NCBI RefSeq assembly: GCF_006345805.1
Contig: NC_043011.1
Coordinates: 27,292,464-27,356,463 of the forward strand
DNA: 64,000 nt
From: Octopus sinensis
Lineage: Eukaryota
Reading direction: 5' to 3'
Below the pieces are notes generated by a model. The model worked only from the letters and a program-made list of their open reading frames with translations. It did not search any database and was not told where the DNA came from. This document shows positions 14,191 through 28,685 of this stretch, in pieces. The translations under genes and the position numbers were made by a program. Positions within the stretch are counted from its first letter, which is position 1. Every line of letters starts with the position of its first letter.

Positions 14191-14473
14191 TAAACTGTCC
14201 GTCCACCCGCCTGTCTGTCTGTCTATCTATCTACTGTCTGTGTGTCTGTCTGTCAGTCAGTCTGTCTGTGTAATTATATATATTTTCAAAAGTACAAACA
14301 GTTATTGATTGTTATGTGGTGTTTGTCGTTTACACATTTGTTCAGCTTTCCTCTTTAAAGTGCGGTTTTAAAAAGTCTGTACAGTGGAATCGAGAACTCA
14401 TAGTTTCGAAGCGAAAGCATTAACGCCTCATCGATGCCCGTACTCAGGCACGTTCACCACACACAAACACACA

Positions 14474-14548
<75 letters not shown>

Positions 14549-14999
14549 GCACAAATATACAAATGTATAAGTACGGACAAGATGGCGTCTTATAAAGTAT
14601 TAAAAAAAAGAAACTACCGACAGAAAGAAATGGCTAACAACTTCTGTGTTATTTTCTCGCGAAATTTCCATAACAAGCACAAACGGTTTTAACTTAAATC
14701 ATTGGAGTTGGAGGCGCTCGCCGGCCTCTCGATGCAGAGTGAAGTGCGAATCTGTCCGACCGATTTAGTAACATCAACAGGAAATATATTTCAACCACGA
14801 GCTATAGAAACTTAGTCCTTTTCTTTACAGTTAATTCTCAATGAATTGCAAGAGTTTTATTGAATTCATTAAGAAACGTTATTCAAGCAAATAATAAAAT
14901 CAGTCAGATAAATACAATTTAGTTTGAGTACTAAAAAAGAACAACGAAAACCATCATATTAGAATTACACAACACACATTCATTGCTATATGTATATGT

Positions 15000-15443
15000 A
15001 TACGCATACAAGCACACACACACGTGTGTGTGTATATCATATATATATATATAATATATATATATATATATGTATATATACACACACACACATATATATA
15101 TATATACATATAAACGTATAGGTTTTATATATATTCGATTTTGTTTTTTCTTGTATTTGTATTTTGATTTTGTCTTTTCTTATTTATTTGTTTCATACAT
15201 AATATATATATATTTGTATGTATAGACACACATACACACACACACATAGAATCACACACACACACACACATAGAATCACACACACACACACACACGCATA
15301 TATATATGTACACATATATATATTTATATATATAGCTAAACGTATATACATACATATATGTAACTATATACATCTGTGATTATATGAGTGGATTGTTTAT
15401 ATACATGTGTACAGACATATATGAATATATATTTAGATATAGG

Positions 15444-15487
<44 letters not shown>

Positions 15488-15624
15488 TGCATATATATTT
15501 ATATATATGTATATATATATATATAAATATGTACATATATATATGTATATATATGTGTGTATGTATATATATATATACATATATATGTGCATATATATGT
15601 GTATATATATATATATATATACAC

Positions 15625-15661
<37 letters not shown>

Positions 15662-15716
15662 CATATATATATATACATACATATATATATATACATACAT
15701 ATATATATATACATAC

Positions 15717-15773
<57 letters not shown>

Positions 15774-15780
15774 CGCAGAT
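15000..15780. repeat. Compound (TA)/(CA) microsatellite
   Basis: Visible. Confidence 0.95.
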
Positions 15781-15824
15781 ATGTACACCCCACACACATA
15801 TGTATATTCTTTCATTTTACGTCT

Positions 15825-16075
15825 TTCGGGCATTTGACTGCAGCCATGCTGGAGCACCACCTTTAGTCGAACACATCCACCATAGGACTTATTCTCTATA
15901 AGCCTAGTACTTATTCATCGGTGTCTTTTGCCGAATCGCTAAGTCACGGGGACGTAAACTCACCAACATCGGTTGTCAAGCAATGATGGGAGGACAGACA
16001 CAAACACACACACACACACACACATACATATAAGATAAGCTTCCTTCAGTTTTCGCTTACCAAATAAACTTACAA
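15825..16075 (-). mobile_element. SINE family A copy
   Basis: Reverse complement of the A 3' half and tail. Confidence 0.8.
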
Positions 16076-16394
16076 AGCTATATATATATATATATCTACA
16101 CACACTAATTAAGAACATCTCTGGGCAGCTGTAAAAATAAAAGTTACATTTATTTTTCATTAATCACGATGATATCACTGACGGCAGTTATGTACTGTGT
16201 ACGAAACAGTCTCTAGAAAGACATAAATTTTTTTACATCAGACAATAAAAACACGCATAAAGAAATCACTATTTGTATTTTTCATTTAAGCTACCGTCTG
16301 AAATTTTAATCTCGGACATAAGCCGACTATGTTACTAAATACATCTTACTTCACGTCGTAAGTAAGGTAATAACCCAAGCACAAACATAAAAAC

Positions 16395-17345
<951 letters not shown>

Positions 17346-17590
17346 TGCGTATATATTATTTTTATTTTCTTCAAGAAGCGATTAATTACAGATCTCTGTA
17401 TATAAAGGTAAAGCATACTTTGATATAAATTTTAATTCTGTCAATATTGTCTGTACTGATATTTAAAGCCATTCAATTAAGTTTTATACATTTTTTCTAT
17501 ATGTGTGTGCGTGTCTGTTTGTGTGTGTCCTGTTTATGTATGTGCATATATATGTCTATGTCTATGAATATATATATATATATATATATA

Positions 17591-17625
<35 letters not shown>

Positions 17626-18454
17626 CAAACGAAAATCAGTTGAGAGAAATAACTTAGCGTGGCCACTTATGCTATGAAATTGGACAGGGATGATGGAGAA
17701 ATATATACGAAATATATAAAATGATATATTCTAGATTTATTGAAAATATCTTTCCCGCAACAGAAAGTAAAGAATTGTCTAGCTGCCATTGCAGTCGGTT
17801 CCTAATGCGAAGTGGATTTATTCTCATGGAATCAGCAAATACATCTGAATTAAATAGACATTTAGGAAAAAGCCAGTCTGCTTTTGTTTTCTGATGATAA
17901 GAGAATAGCTGTTTAGTCATGTTTCCGCCTCAATAGATGTCATTAACTCAGCGTTGCCCTATCGTCTCGCCTGTCAGACATTAGACTGAGGTATATACAC
18001 AGTGAAAAAAAAGAAAGAAAATTTTCTCCCTACCAAGGAGAGAGAGAATGAAGAAGAAGAAGAAGAGAGAATGAATGGAGGAGAGAAAGAATGAGAAAGT
18101 GTGCGTTTGAGAGAGAGGGTAGAGAGAGGGAGAGAAAATGAGAGAAAGATTGATGGAGAGACAAATTAATACCAATTATCCATCGGCCTCTATGCTTACT
18201 AGTAGTTCCTTACTCAAAGATATTATCAGACCACGATGGATGGCCTATAATTTTTGCGCGCATCAGAATCACGTTCATGTTTTAATAGGACAACTCTAGT
18301 ATACTGAATTCGTATAAAAATGCAGAGGATTCCTGTATGTATGTATATATATATATATATGTGTATATATGTGTGTGTATATATGTATGTGTGTGTACAT
18401 ATGTATGTGTGTGTATGTATGTATGTGTGTGTTTGTGTGTATGTATGTTTTAGT

Positions 18455-18498
<44 letters not shown>

Positions 18499-18533
18499 GT
18501 ATCTATGTATATATATATATATATATATATATA

Positions 18534-18758
18534 CAAAAAGCAATAAAGATTCAAGTTAATTTAAATGAATTTACTTGAATATGGTACCTAACTTAGATGC
18601 ACCAAAAAAAAACTATACTGTTTTAACAATACAGTAATGTGGGGTGATTATTAGCGATAAAGAAGCAACAAGAATGGATAGGTTTTTAGTACAATCGTTT
18701 CATACGATTGTACGATTGTACTAAAAACCTATCCATTCTTGTTGCTTCTTTCTCGCTT
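18534..18758 (-). mobile_element. Short fold-back PLE-type element (same family as 39461-40322), palindrome 18653-18757
   Basis: The first ~170 bp are near-identical to 39461-39627; it then folds back inside the HHR helix II/III region; (TA)n on both sides. Confidence 0.8.
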
Positions 18759-19504
18759 ATATATATATATATATATATAGGAATATGCGTGTACATATGT
18801 GTGTATGTATGCATATATGTGTATATGTATGTATGTGTATATGTATCTGTGTATGCATCTATGTATGTATCTATGTATGTATGTATGTATGTATGCATTC
18901 ATGCATGACCAGGCCGTCAGTGACTAGGCCACCAACCCTTCAAAGCCTACTTGATATGAGGAGGGTGGCTTTTCATTAGACACCTTACAGGACGAAAAGC
19001 AAAACCTGTCAAATGACAGGAGAACTTAGTAGGGTTAACGGCATTCCAACAGCTGGCAGTGAGAGATTCCAGTAAAATTTCCGTAACAAGCACAAAATAC
19101 TTGTAGTTTAAATCACTGGGGTATCGTTCAACCTTTCGATGCAGAATGAAATATGAATTCGGTAATGAAGAGGAAAAATCAATATATTTGCAAAATAAGA
19201 AGGAAAAAAAAAGCAAAAACTGATTATAAATCTGATCGACCTCTTCAGTAACATCAACAGGAAAAATATATTTAAATCACTAACTTAAGAAAATAAACCC
19301 TTTCATTACAATTAATTTTGAAAGAGTTGTAACATCTTCAGTCAATACTATTCAGATGTCTGTCTGTCTGTCTGTCTATCCGTCTGCCTGCCTATCTGTC
19401 TGTCTGTCTGACTGTCTATCACTCTCTCTCTGCCTACCTGTCCCTCTCTCTCTGTGTCTACTTATCTATCTGTTTGTCTGTCTGTCTCTATCTATCTATC
19501 TATC

Positions 19505-19650
19505 AATCAAAATCGGTTGTCAACCAGTGGTATGGAACAAGCACAAGCACGCATACACACATGCACACACACATTGGTCTTCTTTCAGTTTCCCCTACCA
19601 TATCCACTTATAAGGCTTTGGCCGGTTCGAGGCAAATAACCAAGGTGTGA
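19505..19650 (-). mobile_element. SINE family A fragment abutting the Gypsy LTR
   Basis: tcggttgtcaacc..tctttcagtttcc..ataaggctttggccgg. Confidence 0.65.
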
Positions 19651-19656
19651 ATGTGC

Positions 19657-21458
19657 TGTGATGAGAGTTGCGACGTCTCCTTGCGAGAGATAGACTCGTC
19701 CGAGTTAAAGATAAATAGTATAGATCCGAGTGAGCTCGAGGTTCAGAGTTCGGAGTGGAGTGAAGCTCGTGTTAGTTCGCAGTGAAGTCGGAAGGTGTCC
19801 GTTTGTTAGTTCACTAGGAGTATTGATTCTTGGTTCGTAAAGAGATTTGTTAGTTTGTTATATTGTTTGTATTGTTTTCTGGGCATCTTATTTCGTGTAC
19901 GTAACAAATTACTTTTGCAAGATCTGGCGATGAGGGTATCGAAGCTCACATAGGTTATTTAAAAATTTGTTCGTTGTTGTTGTTAAATAATGGAAGACAT
20001 ATTAGCTTGCATTGTAATGTTGCAAAAGCAACAACAAGAGAAGCAACGGGAGTTGCAGAAACAACTATTACATCAGCAACTACAAAAACAACAATTAATG
20101 GAGCTTTATTCAAAGAAGTCGAAAATTGAGGTAAGTTCGTTTTCGTCAGACGACGTTTCGAACTCGATTAATACATTCAGTTATAACCCAAAGGAGGGGA
20201 TAACTTTTGCATTGTATTACAGAATATACAAGGAGATTTTTGAGCAAGATTGCAAATCATGGTTGGACGAACAAAAAGTGAGATTTTTATTGCGAAAATT
20301 AGCTCCGTTAGAGCATGAACGTTACTGTAATTTCATATCGCCTCCCAAACAACTCAATGAAATTTGTTTTAAAGAAACAATAGAATTACTGTCTAACATA
20401 TTCGATGATAAAACTTCTCTATTTAACACTCGAAAAGAGTGTTAGAATATAACGAAAAAAGAGAATGGGGATTTTATCACATCTACAGGAACAGTCAACA
20501 GGATGTGTGAAAGATTTAAACTCAAGGAACTTACACCTGAGATGCTCAAATGTCTTATTTTCGTACAAGACCTTACAACAAGCGAAGACACAGAAACTCG
20601 AACTAGAATTCTTTCTAAATTGGAACAAGCGAACCAAGATCTAACCTTAAAGTGCATGGCAGAAGAATGCCAAAGGATAGTTTACCTGAAGCACGGTGTA
20701 GAAAAAATTCAAGAAAAGGATTCCTCCAAAATACAGATGTGCCGACCAGAAAAGTTCAACAAAAAAAGAGCGCCATGTCCGAATCCATGTTATGGATGTG
20801 GGGGCATTTATTTCAGAAAAAACTGTTCCTTTTAAAAATAAAAAAATGCTACAGTTACAAAAGAATTGGTCACAAGAGTTCACATTGCAGAACAAAATTA
20901 CGAAGATCAAGCGCTAAAAAGTACTCTCAGCAGAAACAAAAGCCGACTCTCGAATAAGAAAATTCGTACACGTGAAAATAAATGGAATACATATTAAGCT
21001 TCAATAGGCTACTGGAAATGATACTTCAATAATAGATATGGACACATGGAAGAGAATAGGGAAGCCTGTGCTGAGAAAGCAGTGAAATCTGCTGGTAACG
21101 TGACGGGCAACAAATTACATTTCATTGGCGAAATGTGGGCTAATGTCACATTTCGAGGGAAAACATGCAAGGCTTCGTCGTTAAAAATGCAACCGATCTG
21201 TTTGGTACTGATTATTTAGAATTATTCGATTTATGGGACCACTTCATAAATCTCTATTGTAAAAACGTAAATAGCTGTCCCTCTAAAAATAATTCGTCTG
21301 AAAAGTTAAAGAGAAAATTTTTAAAAATCTATCAGCAAGTACTTTCGGTCAGACTAGGTCTCTGCAGAAAGACTGAAGCGTGTTTTGAATTAGATGATAA
21401 AGTTACACCTGTGTTCAAGCCTAATAGGAGCCTTTTGCGGTCATATTTTGTTATATAG
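19657..21458 (+). mobile_element. 3'-truncated Ty3/Gypsy LTR retrotransposon: 5' LTR about 19657-19910, PBS, gag (from 19990), zinc knuckles, decayed protease
   Basis: TG-start LTR-like segment, PBS-like tggcgatgagg at about 19925. gag-like FSYNPKEGITF..YY..Y..IFEQDC..W.DEQKVR.LLRKL...EHERY.NFI; CYGCGG.YFRKNC and second knuckle GHKSSHC; protease-like VKING..IKLQ..TG.DTSII; broken by frameshifts and stops. Confidence 0.9.
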
Positions 21459-22259
21459 AATGTTCTGCAATATTCAGTTTGTAAAATATTTCGTGAATTA
21501 TCGCAACGTGGATATAATGTGTGATGGTAAATCCCTCTATATCCATATAGGTGCTTTTGATGACTTTCCTGTGGTAAAAATTTAAAGAGTGTTTACTATA
21601 GTTTTGATATATTTTGTTAAATACATCTTGTACGGACTTTGATGAAAGGATAAGAGATAACAAAGTGGCTCCATGTTTGGCCACTATTGCTATTTCTATA
21701 GTCGTGGCATTGATGATGGAGGGGTTTTGATGTGGGGGTTGCAGTAGTGGCAGCATAGGCCAAGGTGTTGTTGGTGGTGGCGGCAGTGCATGTGGTGATG
21801 GTAGTACAAAATATATTTGTTTTGTTGCATTTGTTCTCATTGATATTGAAGCTACTGCTCCTGTTATTGTTCTTATTACAACTCTTACTGCAGAGATGGT
21901 AAGATGGCAGTGCGGTTCTGGAGATGATGGTTGAGTGGGTCTTGTTGATCATATCAAACAAAAACGCACTCATTCACACGCATACATATCGAAAGAAGCA
22001 TATAAAATAAGGAAACATATAAAACAAAAAAATATGTATAAAGTACATTAAACGAAAAAGAAAACTCCTCACATCTCTATTTTTATAGGTTTCTTTTGGT
22101 AAAAAAAATGTGTTTTTTAGTATTAAGAATAAATTTATAGAATATTTTTGGACGATAAGAAGAGCAATTCTGAGGTTAAATGTAAATGTCAATCGCATAA
22201 TAATAACAACAATAATAATGATGATGATGATTATAGTAACAACAACAATGATAACGATA

Positions 22260-22291
<32 letters not shown>

Positions 22292-22329
22292 GGTGGTAGT
22301 GGTGATATTTTACTGACCACAAGATCTGT

Positions 22330-24240
22330 TCAAGCGTAAGTAGTACAAAGACAACTCATGCACATAGACGAGTAAACAGTAAAACAACAATCAACCAGAA
22401 AACTATAGCAACCACGGAGAGGTGCCCCTCTTCTATACTTGAAGCGCCAACTTAGAGTTGGCCCACTCACGCGGGTCGTCCGCTCGACAGCCATCCACCT
22501 TTCAGCAAATTTAATGGGTTTGGGATGGATGGGCACTCATTCTCAACACTCAACTTTCCTTACGAACAGGAATTAAAAAAGGTCGACGGGTGTTTAAAGA
22601 AGTCGATGAAACCGGAGAGGAAAATCTTTTGTCATTTCATTCTCATTCAACATACAAACTTTTTGGTCGTTGCCAACAAGCAGAGGAAAACTGCCTGCAC
22701 TTGCTGAACAAAGAAAAGGAAGGCATTTATCTTCTTTTGGTGATTTCAAACTGGAGTCAGTCAGTAACCGGATCCCACTTATCTATGATAACAGCTGTTT
22801 AACATAACAGCAATGTTCGGGTACAGTGCCAGCGTGTGTAGGCCAGTTTCGTCGCTCTGCGCGATTCTCCTGCAGGCCAGAGTGACGGCATTACCACAAT
22901 TATAGAGTTTATCTTGAATCGGCAATGCACTCCTGTTAGTACGACTAGTCCAGAGGTTTCTGGAAATTACCTGCAAGGCCCGGACAGAAAGTCTTCTGGA
23001 ACTGACAAACCAATTGATTTTTATCGACACCCAGATTTTCGCCGAAAGCGTTGTATCTTCTACCAGCCGTTTATCTCCTATCGAAAGGCATGGTTGTGCT
23101 TCCACCAACCGTACTGCCCGACAAGCAGAAGGCTTTCTTTATTCCTTCTCGAGCCATGCCTGGCTCATAAGGGCCGGTTTCCCGGTTTCCTCGGCGTATA
23201 GGTTCCCCACCTGGACGGGACGCCGGTCCGTCGCAGTTGAGCTGCTAGGTGCAGGAGGGAAGAGTGAGAGAAAGTTGTGGCGAAAGAGTCAGCAGAAGTT
23301 CGCCATTACCTTCTGCCGGAGCCGCGTGGAGCTTAGGTGTTTCGCTCATAAACACACATCACCCGGTCTGAGATTCGAACCCGCGATCTCTCGACCGCCA
23401 GTCCGCTGCTCTAACCACTAGGTCATGTGCCTCCACAAGCACAAGGCTGTGAAGGGCTGAAAACATTCTCGGTGCCAGACATCAGTCTTGCTATGGTCTA
23501 CCTGTGAGCCAAGACAACAACTCTTTGAAATAACGATCTATGGAAAATTAAGGATGACAAACGGTGACTCTATCTTCTCATGGTTGCAGAAGAGCTGGAG
23601 ATCTCGCAGCCGCAGCACACAATTGCGCATCATTAGCCACAGCATACCTAGTGCACTATGCAGCGGATGTTGATAGCAAATGCCTGCTCAGGAAGTGGTA
23701 GAATAGGTGATCCAGCCTGCTCAACTATAAAGCTTGCGAGGTGGTATCAGATGACGGATGCACTGTAGGCATTTGCTACCTCTACCTAACTTTAGGGATA
23801 GCTCACTCTCTGCCGATTTCTGGATAAGATTGGACCCCTTGCTCGTTAGCTCGTCCCAGATCTTGTCATCTGGACGTTTGAACCCATGTAGATCATGAGT
23901 AATTTATCTAATCCATCCCCCCTCCAGTGATCCACAACACTGTTGAATAGCATGGGCTTGACTCTCCATGTGCAAAGCTGCAAGCTGCAAGCTCAACGAA
24001 TTTTCCTGGTTAAGGTTTGCTTCTGTCACCACTTCATACGCCTTCAGAGCAGTACGGATGACGTCGATGTTGTTTGATGTACGACACCATTACGATGACA
24101 TCGTCTGCATATGCTGACATATCTCTCTCGCCTCCTGTTGATAGGCGCAACATAGCTGAATGATTAAGTTCAGTTCACAACCGGATTCGATCCCGTTGCA
24201 TCGCATGTTGGGCAAATGTCATTTTCTCTAACCAGGAGCC
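22330..24240 (-). mobile_element. 5'-truncated Tx1/L1-clade LINE (RT C-terminal half, zinc-finger region, 3' UTR), interrupted by a SINE
   Basis: Minus-strand SAYADDVIV at about 24100, a degenerate EVAN.Y.AS.I.Y segment, SALPIQDKLY...C.RIAQSDET.LHTL..YP, and a 3' UTR ending gtggtcagtaaaa into (CAC/CAT)n. Confidence 0.75.
23135..23434 (-). mobile_element. Well-preserved tRNA-derived SINE (family C) with 14-bp TSD
   Basis: Head ggcacatgacctagtggttagagcagcggact..gggttcgaatctc (A and B boxes). TSD ACAAGCAGAAGGCT (23121-23134) / ACAAGCACAAGGCT (23435-23448). Confidence 0.9.
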
Positions 24241-24367
24241 GGTGCTTATCTTGTGAGTGAAATTTCACCTTAGTTCAGGAGCAGATCAAATAACTAAACC
24301 TCTCCTCGTACAGCGGCGGTATACCACCAACACCAGCACCAGCACCAACACCACCACCACCAGCACC

Positions 24368-24398
<31 letters not shown>

Positions 24399-26849
24399 CT
24401 ATTGATTGTATGTCTGTACGGTTGAGTAGTTCAGCTTCAGCAAATATCACAAGGCGTTAATTACGTCTGACCGTCTAACAATTTTGCTTACCCACTGCCC
24501 TGGAACGGTATGTTATTTATCAACTGGGAAGGCGTAAAAGACAAAGCTTGGGACATGTGGGAATTTGAACTCAGACAACTGAAAACTGGAGACCGTACCG
24601 CAAGGCGTTCTATCCGATGGTCCTCTGGCAAATCACCGTCGACAAAATAATTATATTGTGAGATGAAATCAATTAATACTGTTTCTCACGCGGCAAAATT
24701 TGGTTTTCTGCTTCGTTAATTATAAAATAAATTTATTCCGATTAAATGGAAATGAATGAGCATAAACGGTATTGCAGTATTTAATTTTCTTCTAAATATT
24801 ACTCTAGTCTTGCATATTCTCAAATGAAATTCCATTGGGAACACCAGGTGCGAATTTGCCTTTCATTCTTCGGGATCTGTAAAATAAATACCATTAGCAA
24901 ACTTGAGTTGATTAAATTTTCTACATCTCTAGCCCTTTACAAAAACTGGTTTTGTGCAATTGTTTTCGTTTGTATAGGAAGTTTGGACAAATTCCAGCAT
25001 AGTAGTGGTTTATATTTTATTGAACTTGGCAATCGAAAAGTTGTTGACTCGAGGGATTGAACTAGGAATTACAGTGCTTTGTTATCCCTGAAATTTCCAT
25101 CAACTTACACAAATAATTAATAAAACAACTAACGGGGAGCTTCTACGTGGTTGGCTGACTTTCTAGAAATAACAGTCAAATATTGTCACATCATATCCAA
25201 AAAACTTTTAAAATTGCAGGATATGCTGGAAGCTGTACCAGATAGAAAGTGTGAGACAAAAAGATGGGATGAATTGCTTTTGAACATAGATCCATTCTGG
25301 GGTTCTGGAGTTAATCAATGATAATACCAGTAATTATTGTTATTCAAAGTGTAAGGCTGTAGAATTATAGAAACAATTTGTGCCAGTCTAAAAAAATAAA
25401 AAAAAACCTTCGGAAATTCACATTCTATACCAACCTTATTTTTCAGAGAAATAGCCTGATATAATCTAACTTCAGTGGGCCGACTAAGTGTTTAAATTCC
25501 TAGTTTCACTTTTTCCGACATCAATACCATCTCAATCGATTATCTCCCCTTTGCCTCAAGATCTCTAGATTTTTGAACCAACATAATAAATACAAACAAC
25601 TTTATGAGAGAAAACATAGTCGAGTGTTAAAAAATCTCACTTTGGAACCTCTTGGCAAATTTCATATTGTACATCAGCCTTACCTTTCACAGAAATATCT
25701 CGATATCATCTAACTTCTATCTTCAGTGGGCCGACTAAGTGCTTAAATTCTCAGTTCCAATCTCTCAGACGTCACTACCATGTCAATCGATTATATTCCC
25801 TTTGCCTATAAATCTTTGCATCAATGTAAGAAATACAAACAATTTCATGAGAGAAAACGCAGTCGAGTGCTTAAAAATATCACTTTGGAACCGCTCGGCA
25901 AATTTCTTCTACATTAGTCGCTGGCTGATCAATGACGTGCAAGTAACATTTAGTGGATGCAAATAGTGTACAAACTTGCCGTATACGTTTGCATTATATA
26001 GTTGAGAATGTTTGTGTCAGTGACAATCTTCTTCCAAACGGATATTTCTTTCTACTCGTCGTTATACTTTCACCTCCTTTTTTTCCCCTTTGTATATAGT
26101 TATCACCTGCTGTCTCCTGCCTCATTAATTCTGAATCTCTATGTTTTACTATTCTACCTCTTCCTGCTCTTCATTGAAAGCATCATCTAGTTTTCCCCTT
26201 TCTCTCTCTATTGCTGTCTAATTCTGTTTGTTTCTTTTCTCTTTCACTACTTTAAATAGTCTTACTTTCCTCCTGCTATCTTCCCGCTTTCTTTGTCCTA
26301 TACGTTTGACTTTCTTTATATCTCCCTCCGTCATATATTTCTCTTTTTCTGCACTATCTTTGTTTTCCTTGTCTTTCCTTCGATATCACCTCTTCATATA
26401 ATACTACCAATATCATTTTCACCAATCTGCCTTTTCTTCTCTCTCTCCCTCTCTCTGTCCCTCCCTCTCTCTCGTATCCTACTGAGAGTAATGTAAAAAA
26501 CAGTGATTACAAGAAATCAAGTTGCATTGTTGCAGTTTTGGCGGAAGTCACGATTTTAATTAAATTTAGCAGGAAGTCAAATTTTGTGGATGATAATTCG
26601 AATCCCGGTCACGACTAATAAAATAAAATATGGACAAGTGGTTGTTGATGTCACCATAGAGTTTATAAAATGATTATAGAGAAGTGAGTATAAAAATATA
26701 AAAGTTAAACGGGAAAATCAGGAAAGCGTGAGTTCGTAGTAATTCATGATAGATAGGTTTGTATCCCGAAAGTTCATGAGCGATTTGCTAGAAATGATTT
26801 TTATTTTAATAATGTACTAGAAAATCATGCTCCACTCTTACAACGTTCT

Positions 26850-27095
26850 CTGATGCCAAATGCAAACGTGCTCTACAAGTGAGGCTAACAGTTAAGGTGA
26901 GGGCCACCGCGAACAGAATGTTACTAGACTGCCTGAAGACAGCTGACTAGAGACGACGTATCAAGGATAAGCTCAACGACTACGGAATGCTGTCAGACAA
27001 GCTCTCCATAGAGAATTGGAGGCACTTGGTGAGTGACGGGCACGCCTTTAACAGAATATTGTAAAAAAAAGCTTCACATAGACACCATAAGATCT
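26850..27095 (+). mobile_element. RTE-like LINE C-terminal remnant
   Basis: RRRIKDKLNDYG..SDKLSIENWRHLVSD resembles the RTE ORF end. Confidence 0.5.
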
Positions 27096-27528
27096 CTCAA
27101 ACAGTGCCATGTCTAGGAGAAAAGAAAAAGTAAAAGAGTAAGACAAGTAGAGGGATTCACATTGGACATATAAACATGAGTAATGGAAGAGAGGTATTTT
27201 TCAATTGTGAATCTGAGCATGAATACGCTTTTGAAAATTTCTGACATGTTTAAAATTTCTGACATGTGCTTGACCCCCCCAAAAAAACAAAAACAAAAAT
27301 GGAAATAAGTAACAACTGCTATGTGCTGTTCTAATGGAAAAATTAATCTTCCTGTTCTTGTTGAACCATCAGAGTTGCTAAAACAGTACTTTATTGCTAA
27401 TATTGATGAATTCAAATATTTTCTTTGATGAACATCAGAAAATACTCCTCCGTTACATTGGAGCAGATCTCTTCAGAGAAGGAGAACTTTCATGGACAAG
27501 TGGAATTCCGTCAAAAGAGTGGATCACT

Positions 27529-28685
27529 TTACCTCCTCCCCAATGAACAGTATTGGATTCTGCAGCTGTAGCAACCTAAAGAAATAAGCTCATGGGAGAT
27601 ACATTGTTTCCCCACTGACGGGGAAACAATGCTTTTAAATGTAACCGTGCAGTTTCAATATTTCGGAGTTGTGGGTTTCCTCTGGGCACCTGCGTTTCTA
27701 GGTGTTATAAAAACGATTATATTTCCATATCTGCACACGAGAAGACTATACTAAAGCGGGCTTCTGAAACTTGTTCGTGGCGAAAACATTCACTGTGACT
27801 ACACAAAGAACTATTTTGCAAAGTAGAATCGCATTGGAAATATTTTATTTGTATGTTAGAAATTTCTCTTTCTTTATTCTACTACTAAACACTTAACTAC
27901 TTAGTATGAAGGAAAAAAAAAAGATAAAACATGTCTTTAATCTATGAACTACCTTCTATCTTTATTTTCTCTCTTTCTTCTTCGTAGAATGTTGAAGTTT
28001 GCTAAAGTAAATTACGTCTTGAGTTATGTCACACTCACGATTCCAAAGAAAAATGAAGTAGTACGTGGCTACCGACGACAGAAAACAAATTAGAAACTTT
28101 ATGATGTGTAAGAAAAGGAATTATAAAAGTTTTAAATTAGAAATTAAACATGCAGGTTCTTCATCTTTGAAGAGATTCTTTCCTCTTGAATGGCGAATTC
28201 AGCACCAGAGGCAAACTACGTGATTGAAATTTCCATAAACATTTTCGATAAAAAAATATATACCATACTGATGTAGATACTGGGTTCCACATTATCGCCT
28301 AAAAGAATTATTGAAATTGGAGCCGGTGTTCGAAGATAAGAAAGCAATAAAAAAATAATTTACTGAATCTCCCTTTATGTACAATGGAAACTTAACCTCG
28401 ATCTGAAATTGCATTCAGTTTTGATACGATTTGAACTGAGAACGAAGAAGGATGAGAATAGATACTAAGATGAATTTAGTCCAGCACTGTATCACTGTTA
28501 ATTAAAGATCTCTTTCAACGGATTACTGTTTATTTATATTTACTAATCTGAAAAGAATATTTACCAAGTTGGTTTGCATATGAAGGCACCAAGCAACTAA
28601 AGAAGACCAAGATGACGAACCAACAATAAAGAAGGAAGGTCGCCACGAAAATACCATTTGGATAACACTGAAATGAGAATTTCAT
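27529..28685 (-). CDS. Candidate two-exon small ORF (28685-28565 joined to 27575-27529), putative 55-aa secreted Cys-rich peptide precursor
   Basis: MKFSFQCYPNGIFVATFLLYCWFVILVFFSCLVPSYANQL/GCYSCRIQYCSLGRR*. Donor TTG|gtaaat, acceptor ttatttctttag|, phase-1 intron, AATAAA at 27395-27390. Ab initio only. Confidence 0.3.

Noticed and set aside
17672-17920. 82-aa minus-strand ORF and a plus-strand terminal-exon-like frame
   Set aside because: Both strands give equally plausible frames, with no homology or matched splice partners.
23365-23438. tRNA gene-like sequence
   Set aside because: It is the head of a SINE: the body and TSD are present and the acceptor stem is incomplete.
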